DNA from: a virus
DNA: 64,000 nt
IMG/VR virus record: IMGVR_UViG_3300014325_000011
Span: 32,001 to 96,000 of that record
Strand: one strand, 5' to 3'
Position numbers and translations under genes: made by a program
The notes under the pieces: model-generated
Databases searched by the model: none
What the model was told of the DNA's origin: nothing
What the model saw: only the letters and a program-made list of their open reading frames with translations
Shown: positions 8,563-16,643 of the stretch, piece by piece
Layout: each line of letters starts with the position of its first letter
Position numbering within the stretch: the stretch's first letter is position 1

Positions 8563-8678
8563 CCATCCGCCGCGTCCTGTCGGCGACCAGCTACCACGCC
8601 GTCGCTGTGGCGCTCGCCGCGCTGATCGTTGCCGCGGTCGCTTCCGAAGCCGAACGGACGATAGGAGCCCGGCAGTGA
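8559..8678 (+). CDS. Tiny membrane protein
   Basis: GGAGGAG RBS, ATGA coupling, one hydrophobic stretch. Confidence 0.5.
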   Translation: MTIRRVLSATSYHAVAVALAALIVAAVASEAERTIGARQ

Positions 8679-8959
8679 GTTGCGCCGAAGCCGTCGAAAC
8701 CCGCTTCTACGTCGAGCGGCCCGACGCCGACGGCTGGATACGGTACATGCCAGCCGTCATCGAAGTCCGCGTCGAGCAGACCGGCGAGGACACGCCGTTC
8801 GACGAACGCTGGCACACGGTCGCACCGCGCGAAATCGCCGACCAGTGGATGACGATCGTCCGCCACCGTATGGTCCGCGTCGACGGTCCAGCACGGTTGC
8901 TCACCGAAGACGAGCATCGGGCACTACTCGCTTCGACGGATCGGGCTCACGCATCGTAG
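8675..8959 (+). CDS. Hypothetical protein
   Basis: GTGA coupling; last gene of the + operon. Confidence 0.55.
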   Translation: MSCAEAVETRFYVERPDADGWIRYMPAVIEVRVEQTGEDTPFDERWHTVAPREIADQWMTIVRHRMVRVDGPARLLTEDEHRALLASTDRAHAS

Positions 8960-9180
8960 GGCGGTCCCTCGATCGCCTCCGCTTCGGCCGCGGTGAGGTG
9001 GCGCGCGGCCAAGGCCCGCACACGCAGTTCAGCCTCTACGAGCGCATCGACTGGCACGTCGAGCGGCGAGTCTCCCGGCCTGCGGTTCGGGTCGGCTGCC
9101 ATCTCGGCGAGGGTACGGCGAACATCGGCTTCGATCTGGGCGCGAACCTCGGCCGGCACGTCAGCAGTGTTGTCAGACAT
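8947..9180 (-). CDS. Small hypothetical protein (MSDNTADV...)
   Basis: ATG 9180 after a CAGACT -10-like hexamer. Confidence 0.5.
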   Translation of the reverse strand: MSDNTADVPAEVRAQIEADVRRTLAEMAADPNRRPGDSPLDVPVDALVEAELRVRALAARHLTAAEAEAIEGPPYDA

Positions 9181-9236
9181 GGTCCGGCAGTCTGGACCAA
9201 GATTGCTGCCCAGACCAGCAGGGTAGATCACCCAGC

Positions 9237-9380
9237 ATGTTCGCTGTTTTCGCTGCTGTCTGCTTCCTACTCGCCGCCCTCAACGTCCACGCCGGGGATG
9301 TGAACCTGGTCTGGCTGGGTCTGGCCTTCTGGGCCGCCGACTTCGCCTTCCCATACCGGCCCGGCATGCTGAACCGTTGA
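9237..9380 (+). CDS. 47-aa hydrophobic membrane peptide (absent from the ORF track)
   Basis: MFAVFAAVCFLLAALNVHAGDVNLVWLGLAFWAADFAFPYRPGMLNR; followed by a terminator. Confidence 0.55.
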   Translation: MFAVFAAVCFLLAALNVHAGDVNLVWLGLAFWAADFAFPYRPGMLNR

Positions 9381-9404
9381 CACCTGTTTCCAGGCATGCC
9401 GAAG

Positions 9405-9443
9405 ACGGCCCGGCTGCCTCCACCAGGGAGACAGCCGGGCCGT
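9405..9443. terminator. Hairpin terminator between convergent genes (end of late operon)
   Basis: ACGGCCCGGCTG...CAGCCGGGCCGT 12-bp stem. Confidence 0.7.
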
Positions 9444-9470
9444 TGTGTGAGTTGATCCGCGAGGCGGAGC

Positions 9471-9824
9471 TTACGGGATCGACGCCGTGTTCGGGTTGCC
9501 GACCTTCTTCGCCACAGCACCCTTCGCCAACGCCAGAACGGCGGCGATCAGGGGTACGTAGGCGTCGGGCACGCCCCACAGGGTGACAGGCAGAGCAGCC
9601 AGTGCGACCTGCAACGCCGTCCACCCAGCTTTCTCGACTGCGGCGGCGAGCGAACCGAACCCGGTGACGCTCGTCAGTAGCCCGCCGAGCAGCGACAGGA
9701 CGGCGGCGATCGGCAAAGCCCACCACACATGTGAGCCGTTGAATGCGGTGACGGCCACGCCGATCGCGGAGAACAGGGCGGTTGCGAACACCCGCCAGGA
9801 CAGATCCTTGCCGAACGCGGACAT
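9471..9824 (-). CDS. Holin (r1t-like, about 4 TM, internally duplicated)
   Basis: Hydrophobic helices; AAVLSLL and AAVLALAK repeats; C-terminal GNPNTASIP; last gene of the lysis cassette. Confidence 0.75.
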   Translation of the reverse strand: MSAFGKDLSWRVFATALFSAIGVAVTAFNGSHVWWALPIAAVLSLLGGLLTSVTGFGSLAAAVEKAGWTALQVALAALPVTLWGVPDAYVPLIAAVLALAKGAVAKKVGNPNTASIP

Positions 9825-9854
9825 GCGCGGTCTTCTTTCCGGGGTGGGGTCGGG

Positions 9855-10133
9855 TCAGCCGGCGGCCGGCGGATTGACCGCCCCGTCGGCCTCGGTGGTG
9901 AGGTCTTCGAGCGCCGACGTGTCGACACCGACCGCGGTGTGGACGTCGGCGAGGCCGGAGACGGCGGCGTCGATCGCAGCCTGCGCGGCGGGCGGGATCG
10001 ACTGGCCGGCGGTCTGGAGTGCGGCGACGAGGGCTTGGACGGCGGCGGTGAGCTGGCCGATGACCGCGGCTTCGGCGGATTCGTCGGCGGCGGCTTGGGT
10101 CACGGCGGCGGTCAGGTCGTCGATGCTGGCCAT
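9855..10133 (-). CDS. Ala-rich coiled-coil protein in the lysis cassette
   Basis: MASIDDLTAAV...; AAGGA RBS. Confidence 0.6.
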   Translation of the reverse strand: MASIDDLTAAVTQAAADESAEAAVIGQLTAAVQALVAALQTAGQSIPPAAQAAIDAAVSGLADVHTAVGVDTSALEDLTTEADGAVNPPAAG

Positions 10134-10244
10134 GAGCGGACCGATCCTTTCGGAGAGGGTGTGAACCGCCTCGGCGAGGACGGCGACTGGAGATCGGCGG
10201 CGGCAGAGGCGCATCCGCACCTCCCGGATTGAGGGCGAGACGGG

Positions 10245-11489
10245 CTAGGAGGCGGCGCGGAACGTCCACACCGCCGGGTTGCTGGACGTGCCGACCTGCG
10301 GCAGGTTGGCGCCGCCAATCGAGATCCCCTTGGCGCCCATCCACGCGGCGAACGCCCCCTGGTAGACGGCGAACGCCTTCGCCAACTCCACGTCGGCCGG
10401 GTCGGGCTGCGCCGACGGCACCGGGCTCGGCGGCGGAGTCGGAGTCTGCGTGAGGAGGCTGGCGAGGGCTGTTCCGACGGGCACGCCAAGCCCCGAGTCG
10501 GCATCCCAGCCGACAGACGGCGGGTAGACGTCCCTGCCCCCACCGGAGACGATGTCGACGAACGCCTTCGGGTTGGCGTACAGCAACTCGGCCGCGTTCC
10601 GGATCGGCCCGCCGTTGAGCTGGCACAGCCGGGCCCAAAGCCCGGCCATCAGCGGTGCGACCGCGGAAGTTCCGCCGACCGTGGCCCACTGGCCGCCGGT
10701 CACCATCTGATAGCCCGAGTTCGGATCGGCGTTCCCTGCCAGGTCGGGCAGGCCGCGGTGGGAACCGACTGTGGACGGCTGCCAGGCGGGCCGCGCGAAC
10801 ACCTTGGAGTAGCCGCCACCGGTCGCCGAGTCGGCCGAGTCATCCCAGGGTGTCTCCGACAGCCGCGCCCCCGACGAGTCGAGGACAAGCCGGGTACCGC
10901 CGCAGGCAAACACGTTCGGCGACGACGCTGGGAAGTCGGCGACCTTCCGGCCCGTGCCGTCCAGGTCGCCGCTGTCCCCGGCCGCGCAGAACACGGCAAC
11001 CCCAGCGGCGGCCGCCTTCGCGAACACCGCGTCGTAGGCGCGCATCGTCGCCGCCGTCCACGACGACTCCGGGCCACCCCACGAGCACGACACCGCGCAG
11101 GCGCCCGACGCGATCGCAGCCTCAAACGCGTCCAGAAAGCCCGCATCCGAGTTCTCGCCGAAGAAGACGAGCTGCTTGGCGCCCGGAGCCGCGGCGGCGA
11201 CCACCTCGACGTCGAGCATCACCTCGACATCGGCCCCGCCCGGGTCGGCGACGATCGACGCCCCACCGACCGCGGTTGCGGTCACCGATGGAACGGCGAT
11301 GCCCGAGCCCTTGCAGAACATGGCCAGGTCCGTCGGGCTGTAGGCGCCGCCGAGTTCGACGATCGCCACCGTCTGCCCGGTGCCGTCCGCCGTGGTGGGG
11401 AACTGGTAGGCGCCGGTGATCTGTGTGACGGTGAGGGCCTTCGGGCTGCTGCCCGCGCGAGGAAGGGTAAGGCGGGGGGTTGCTCGCAT
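10245..11489 (-). CDS. Peptidase S53 (sedolisin/kumamolisin-like), mature domain only
   Basis: EVMLD (E-x3-D), SCSWG, AAGDSG, FPASSP, RGLPD, GGTSAVAP, GWDADSGLG; GGAGG RBS. Confidence 0.9.
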   Translation of the reverse strand: MRATPRLTLPRAGSSPKALTVTQITGAYQFPTTADGTGQTVAIVELGGAYSPTDLAMFCKGSGIAVPSVTATAVGGASIVADPGGADVEVMLDVEVVAAAAPGAKQLVFFGENSDAGFLDAFEAAIASGACAVSCSWGGPESSWTAATMRAYDAVFAKAAAAGVAVFCAAGDSGDLDGTGRKVADFPASSPNVFACGGTRLVLDSSGARLSETPWDDSADSATGGGYSKVFARPAWQPSTVGSHRGLPDLAGNADPNSGYQMVTGGQWATVGGTSAVAPLMAGLWARLCQLNGGPIRNAAELLYANPKAFVDIVSGGGRDVYPPSVGWDADSGLGVPVGTALASLLTQTPTPPPSPVPSAQPDPADVELAKAFAVYQGAFAAWMGAKGISIGGANLPQVGTSSNPAVWTFRAAS

Positions 11490-11503
11490 GTGCGGCCTCC
11501 AGA

Positions 11504-11541
11504 GGGCATGCGAAAAAGCCCCCGGCCGGAGACCGAGGGCT
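11504..11541 (-). terminator. Hairpin plus U-tract followed by CGCATGCCC
   Basis: AGCCCTCGG...CCGGGGGCT-TTTT-CGCATGCCC on the minus strand. Confidence 0.55.
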
Positions 11542-11553
11542 GAAAGAGACGGG

Positions 11554-12654
11554 TCAGACCTGCGGCCGAACTAGCGCTGTCGCGGTCGCGGGTGGCAGCA
11601 CCGCGCGCAGAGTCAGCCCGGTCAGCGCCGCTGTCAGCGCATCCAGCCGTGACAGCACAGGCGTCAGATCAGCCCCACCCGCGGTCGACACGGGCAACGC
11701 TTTGATGGCGGTGAGAACGGCGACAAGCTGCTGGGAGAGTGCGTTCAGCGCGGCTACGACTTCGCCAGTCGGCCCGAGGTAGTTGACGATCTGCCCGACC
11801 TCGGACGAAATCGCATCTGACCGGGCGGCAATAGACAGGTCGCCCTTGTTCCAGCCGAGCGCGGCAATGATCGCGTTGACACCGTTGTAGACGGTCTGCT
11901 CCAGCGACAGGATCGCCTTCTCGGTGGCCGCCCACGCAGGCTGGCCTGCGCCAGTGCCCTCGTTGAGGACGGCGCGGACGATGCCTGCCATCTGCTGGGC
12001 CGTGGGGTCGTCGAGCACGAGACCTCCAAGAGTGGGGAGCCATTCGCGCAGGACGCGGGAACTGTCCGACTTGCCGGGGATACCGGGCTGGACGGCCTGG
12101 TTGGTGTACTGGCGGGCGACGACCTGTGTCCGGTCCCAGCCGGCGGGCAGCGGCATCGCCGAGTCGGCGACGGCGGCGTTGTAGGTCGCGAGGTGCAGAC
12201 GGCGCCAGCCCGGCGGCAGGATGCCCGCGGTCAGGCCGACTGGTGTGGCGTACCAGATGCCGCTGTAGATCACGCCGGTTGGGTAGCCGTACTGGACGAG
12301 CCGGTTGGCGAAGTCGGCGGCATGCCGGCCGCCAAGGTTGGCATGGTCGTTCGGGTCTTCGGCATCCAGACACACCCAGTCGCGGGGACCGGCACCACCA
12401 GCCGCTTCGAGGGCAGCGACGAAATGATCGGCTTCGGCGATGCCGCTGGACTGGGACGGCCGCGCGAAATGGTAGGCACCGCGGGCCAGACCCAACGCGT
12501 TGGTGTGCTGCCACCAGGTGGCGAACAGCGGGTTGGTGTAGCCGACACCTTCGGTGGCTTTCATCATGAGCCGGTCGCGGCCCGAGCGGGCGTAGGTGGT
12601 GAGGTCGAGGCCGGCTTGGTAGGGGTAGGAGACGTCACTGAACTCGGGAGGCAT
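11554..12654 (-). CDS. Endolysin, glycoside hydrolase family 25
   Basis: SDVS..YQ, MKATEG, RGAYHFARP, CLDAED, RQYT motifs; helical C-terminal domain. Confidence 0.88.
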   Translation of the reverse strand: MPPEFSDVSYPYQAGLDLTTYARSGRDRLMMKATEGVGYTNPLFATWWQHTNALGLARGAYHFARPSQSSGIAEADHFVAALEAAGGAGPRDWVCLDAEDPNDHANLGGRHAADFANRLVQYGYPTGVIYSGIWYATPVGLTAGILPPGWRRLHLATYNAAVADSAMPLPAGWDRTQVVARQYTNQAVQPGIPGKSDSSRVLREWLPTLGGLVLDDPTAQQMAGIVRAVLNEGTGAGQPAWAATEKAILSLEQTVYNGVNAIIAALGWNKGDLSIAARSDAISSEVGQIVNYLGPTGEVVAALNALSQQLVAVLTAIKALPVSTAGGADLTPVLSRLDALTAALTGLTLRAVLPPATATALVRPQV

Positions 12655-12751
12655 GGAGTCTCCCGTAATCGACAGGTGGTTAGCGGCCACATTTCGTGCT
12701 AGGCTTAGCTAGCAGCGGACGCGTTCCGAGCGGCAGCCACAGGGGGACCAC

Positions 12752-13171
12752 ATGCTCACCGAAATCGACAGCAGCACCGACCTCGCGACGATCCTCAACG
12801 CGCCGCCGGCCACCGAGCAGGACGCCGCCGAGACGCCAGCCGACTGGCCCGGGATCGGCCTCATCGGACGCGATGGGGTCATCCACACCTACGACCTCGA
12901 CAAGGCCATCACCACGGCCACCTTCGCCGCACTCGCCGATGGCACGGCCGCCGCCCGCCTCGAAGCAGGCCGGTGGGTTCCCGACCGCGACGAGTGGATC
13001 GACAGTGACCTTGACGCCGCTGTCGTCCGCGACTTCCGCCGGGTCGAAACGTCACAGGGCTCATTCCGCGAGGAAACCGTCCACGACACAATCGAGCAGG
13101 CGAACGCCGCCTACCTCTCGGAGATCGCCGAGATGGAGAAGCTGCGCGACCTGCCCGAGTACCAGCAGTGA
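12752..13171 (+). CDS. Hypothetical acidic protein (first gene of antisense moron cassette)
   Basis: AGGGGG RBS; coupled to the next gene. Confidence 0.6.
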   Translation: MLTEIDSSTDLATILNAPPATEQDAAETPADWPGIGLIGRDGVIHTYDLDKAITTATFAALADGTAAARLEAGRWVPDRDEWIDSDLDAAVVRDFRRVETSQGSFREETVHDTIEQANAAYLSEIAEMEKLRDLPEYQQ

Positions 13172-13455
13172 CATCAGTCCGGACGAACCGCTTGCTCGCC
13201 CAGTTCGCACTGTCGACCCGGCAGGCGGCGGCGGATAGGCGGGCACTTCTCGCCGAGGCCCTGCACACGGAACTCGGCACTGACGAGGCTGTTGCCGAGG
13301 CGGTTTCAGCACACCAAGGGCGGTCGGTGTCGCGCCCGGCTATCGAGCAGGTGCGGCGCCGCGCAGTCGAGGTGAAAGCCGATCCTGTCCGCTACGCCGC
13401 TGCGCTCGCACTCGGCGGCCCCATCCCAACTGCCAGCACCGCCAGGAGAGCATGA
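13168..13455 (+). CDS. Hypothetical, possibly HTH DNA-binding
   Basis: TDEAVAEAV...VSRPAIEQVRRR; GTGA coupling. Confidence 0.5.
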   Translation: MTSVRTNRLLAQFALSTRQAAADRRALLAEALHTELGTDEAVAEAVSAHQGRSVSRPAIEQVRRRAVEVKADPVRYAAALALGGPIPTASTARRA

Positions 13456-13829
13456 TGACCATCAGCACGCTGATCATTCGGCCAACGGTCGCAGACGTGG
13501 CCCCCGGCCAGGACATCGCCAGCGGCATGCTGCGGGTTGGCTGGGATGACCTGCCCGAGCGCGCCCAGCAGTGGGCCACCGAGCACGGCTACGGCCAGCC
13601 CGGCGTCATCCTGAACCTCGCGACTGGCGACCGTACCGCCACCGGCCGGCGGACGCTCAGCGATGGCCGAGTCGTTCCCGTCGGCGTGCCCTACAACATC
13701 CAACACCTGCCGATGCTCGCGATCGACCTGTATGTCCCGCCGACCCCGTACGAGGTCAGGCGAGAGCCATCAGACGCGGAACTTGCTCAGTCGCTTCGCC
13801 GGATCGACCGGATCGAACAGCACCGCTGA
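13452..13829 (+). CDS. Hypothetical protein
   Basis: AGGAG RBS, ATGA coupling. Confidence 0.55.
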   Translation: MMTISTLIIRPTVADVAPGQDIASGMLRVGWDDLPERAQQWATEHGYGQPGVILNLATGDRTATGRRTLSDGRVVPVGVPYNIQHLPMLAIDLYVPPTPYEVRREPSDAELAQSLRRIDRIEQHR

Positions 13830-13838
13830 CCTGCCGCG

Positions 13839-13866
13839 AGCCCCCGAGCCAATCCGGCCGGGGGCT
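13839..13866. terminator. Hairpin between convergent genes
   Basis: AGCCCCCG...CGGGGGCT. Confidence 0.55.
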
Positions 13867-13884
13867 GGTGGCATTCGAGCCCAC

Positions 13885-15372
13885 TCAGGCAGCCAGCATC
13901 TGAGGACCGGCTTTCACCTTCGGAATCGTCACCCCGGTGAGCCCACTGGCCACCGTGTTCCCGCTGATCGTGTTGTTCCCGGACCCTCCGGACCATGTGC
14001 CGGTGAGCTGTCCGGGCGCGACGTCGCACCAGTTGCCGGTGATGGTGTTGAACATCGACCGCCGCGCGTCCGACCTGTCGCCGCCGTTCTGGTCCATGTA
14101 GATCGTCACGCTAGCCGGGTTGCCCCACACGTAGTTACCCGTCGCACTGTCGTGGTTGCTGGACTGGATGACGAGGCCGGCAGCGCGCCACGGGTCCAAC
14201 CTGGCACCTTTGCCGTTGCCGGCGATCAGGTTCCCGGTGAAGACGTTGTTCCCGCCGGTCTCGTCACACAGGCCCGAGCCATAGTTCGAGTAGATCAGGT
14301 TCCCGGTGAACGTGTTCCCGCTACTCGGGGACGCCGACACATGGTCGCCGGTCAGCCCGCAGCTCACGTCCATCCACAGCCCCGGGCCGCCGATACCGCC
14401 GTAGGCGATTCCGGCCGGGTTCGCCTTGTGGATCAGATTGCCGACCCACGTCGCGCCGGTCATCAGCGCCATTTTGATCCCGCCATTGTCACCAGGCCCG
14501 GTGTCGACCGCGGTCGACGTGAAGTTGGCGTAAAGCTGGTTGTAGCGAACCGTCGACCCTGCGCCGCCGCCCATGATCCCGTGAGCCTGGTTGTGATGCA
14601 CTGTCGAGTTCTCGATCAGCGACCGGTCGCCCAGCCCGAAACCGGTGTAGCTCCCGGTCAGCTCACAGTTGGCGACATGCCAACCGGAAGCGCCCGGACG
14701 GGCACCGCGGCCATTGCTCTCGATCGCCGAGTAGTAGTAGCCGACCGGGGACTTTCCGCTACACCCCTGGACAGTCATGTTGAAGATCCCGACACCTGTG
14801 GCCGACGAGTCCGAGTTCGTCCACCACACGTTGTTCGTGATCGTCGCGCCCGCACCCTGGCCGTAGAACTGCTGGCCGGCCTTCGGGTACACGACAGACG
14901 GGCCCGTGTAGGTCCCTGCGGCCAAGGCGAACACAGTCCCCGCAGGGTTGGCCTGCGCAAAGCTGTTGATGTTCGCCCCGGCGGGGATCGGCACAGCGCC
15001 TGACGGGATCGCCAGCGGGGCAGGCATCAGCACCCGGTCCGGCCATGCCGACGTGTCCGCCAGGTTCGTCGTGCCACCCCAGTAGACGCCATCCGCCGGA
15101 GGCGGAGTCGAACCACCGGAGCCACCCGAGCCGCCCGGATCGGTGGTACCACCCGACCCCCCCGAACCGCCAGACCCGCCAGGGTTGGTCGACGCCGGCT
15201 GAGGTGCTGGCAGCCACGACACCGACGTGCCGTCCATCAGCACCCACACCGTGTCGCCCACCGACGGGGCAGCCACACCCGCAGCAGCCGAAACGGCGAC
15301 CTGCGCGGCGATCTGCACCGACGGACGGCCCTGCGAGTCAACCGAAACAACAGTGCCCTGAAAGACGGCCAT
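13885..15372 (-). CDS. Right-handed parallel beta-helix protein (putative tailspike/depolymerase)
   Basis: Short N-terminal beta domain, Gly/Ser linker, Asn/Gly beta-helix repeats (IENSTVHHN, GNLIYSNYGSG). Confidence 0.75.
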   Translation of the reverse strand: MAVFQGTVVSVDSQGRPSVQIAAQVAVSAAAGVAAPSVGDTVWVLMDGTSVSWLPAPQPASTNPGGSGGSGGSGGTTDPGGSGGSGGSTPPPADGVYWGGTTNLADTSAWPDRVLMPAPLAIPSGAVPIPAGANINSFAQANPAGTVFALAAGTYTGPSVVYPKAGQQFYGQGAGATITNNVWWTNSDSSATGVGIFNMTVQGCSGKSPVGYYYSAIESNGRGARPGASGWHVANCELTGSYTGFGLGDRSLIENSTVHHNQAHGIMGGGAGSTVRYNQLYANFTSTAVDTGPGDNGGIKMALMTGATWVGNLIHKANPAGIAYGGIGGPGLWMDVSCGLTGDHVSASPSSGNTFTGNLIYSNYGSGLCDETGGNNVFTGNLIAGNGKGARLDPWRAAGLVIQSSNHDSATGNYVWGNPASVTIYMDQNGGDRSDARRSMFNTITGNWCDVAPGQLTGTWSGGSGNNTISGNTVASGLTGVTIPKVKAGPQMLAA

Positions 15373-15440
15373 GGCGGTCTCCGTTCGAGCGCACGAAGAA
15401 GACCGAACACCGCGGAGGCATCCGGCCGAGGGAAGGGGGG

Positions 15441-16046
15441 TTAGCGTTGCGGCACGGTGCAGGTCAGCGGGGCCGCCGGGTAGCCGCGCAGAAACATCTG
15501 CTCGGCGCTGATCCGCCCGTCGAACACGGTGTGCGCGAACGCTTTCGTCGCATCCGACGCCCTCGGACCCGTCAGCAGCGCCAGCGATGCCTGATCGGCT
15601 GCCAGCTCGCCGCGGACGAACGCAACCTCCGTTGCCGTCCGCACCTGCGACACCTGGCAGTTCGCAGCCCGCTCCTGCGCCAACTGGTCAAACTGGGTCC
15701 GGGTTGCCGCCAGATCGCGGGACCGCATCACCAGCACAAGGCCAGTCGAGGCCACCCCACCCAGAATCGTCAGCAACAGCAGGGCGGCGACGACAATGCG
15801 CCGGCGGGTACCCCGCACCTGCGAGGCGACCTCCACCCGCGGTGCCGCATCCTCGGCGACCTGTTCGGTACGGGCCTTCGCCTCGGCAAGCCGATGGTCG
15901 TATTCGACCCGGTCCGCCTCGACCTGCCGCGTCAGCTCCTGGGTTGCCGACAGCAGCCCGTTGAGCGCACCCGTGATGTCCTCGCGACCGTCGGCCAGCC
16001 GGTTCGCCGCATCGGCCAACTGTCGGAGGGCCTCGCTATTCGGCAT
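15441..16046 (-). CDS. Single-TM coiled-coil membrane protein
   Basis: RRRIVVAALLLLTILGG TM; two Cys in the C-terminal region. Confidence 0.6.
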   Translation of the reverse strand: MPNSEALRQLADAANRLADGREDITGALNGLLSATQELTRQVEADRVEYDHRLAEAKARTEQVAEDAAPRVEVASQVRGTRRRIVVAALLLLTILGGVASTGLVLVMRSRDLAATRTQFDQLAQERAANCQVSQVRTATEVAFVRGELAADQASLALLTGPRASDATKAFAHTVFDGRISAEQMFLRGYPAAPLTCTVPQR

Positions 16047-16227
16047 CGGGGTCCTCCGGGAGACGGGCCACAAGCTCCGCGATCACCACGTCGTGAAGCG
16101 CAAGCTGGTCGAGGAGGTCCTCGTAAACCTCCCCGGCGTCCGACAAAAGCGTTGAAATCGCCCTCAAACGGCGAGCGGAAGCGGGCGGCAGCACGGCTGT
16201 CGGCATCCGTACCGCCTCATCGCTCAC
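16036..16227 (-). CDS. Small hypothetical protein
   Basis: Coupled between two membrane genes. Confidence 0.5.
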   Translation of the reverse strand: MSDEAVRMPTAVLPPASARRLRAISTLLSDAGEVYEDLLDQLALHDVVIAELVARLPEDPDAE

Positions 16228-16625
16228 GGTGCGCCCGCCCGCCTCGCCAGTTCGTGCAGATGCTCGCGGGCGAGATCATTCGACCGGACCAGCGCATCCG
16301 TCGACCGGGTCAATGCCGGTACCACCTGATCGCGGGTGAACGCGAACGACGTGTCCAACCCGGTTCGCAGCGCGGCGATCTCCCCGTCCTGCTGGGCGAT
16401 CGTCTGCTGCAAAGCGGCAACCTCACGCTGATGGGCCGTCTCCCGGGCGTCCAACTCGTCCCGGTGGGCGGAATCCTGCCTGGACACCACCCATCCGGGG
16501 ACCAGCATCCGCGTCAGCAGAAGAACGACCACGATCCCTAGAACGCCGTAGCCCAAAATCTGGGACAGCACATCCGCGGGAGGACTGTCCGCAGCCACAG
16601 CCGCAGCGGCGAGGACGGCAATCAT
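16224..16625 (-). CDS. Membrane protein with coiled coil (holin-like accessory)
   Basis: QILGYGVLGIVVVLLL..LVPGW TM followed by heptad repeats. Confidence 0.6.
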   Translation of the reverse strand: MIAVLAAAAVAADSPPADVLSQILGYGVLGIVVVLLLTRMLVPGWVVSRQDSAHRDELDARETAHQREVAALQQTIAQQDGEIAALRTGLDTSFAFTRDQVVPALTRSTDALVRSNDLAREHLHELARRAGAP

Positions 16626-16643
16626 CGGCAGCCGATCCGGACG

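Noticed and set aside
9280-10689. 469-aa minus-strand ORF over the lysis genes
   Set aside because: Alternative-frame, Arg-rich shadow of the S53, coiled-coil and holin genes.
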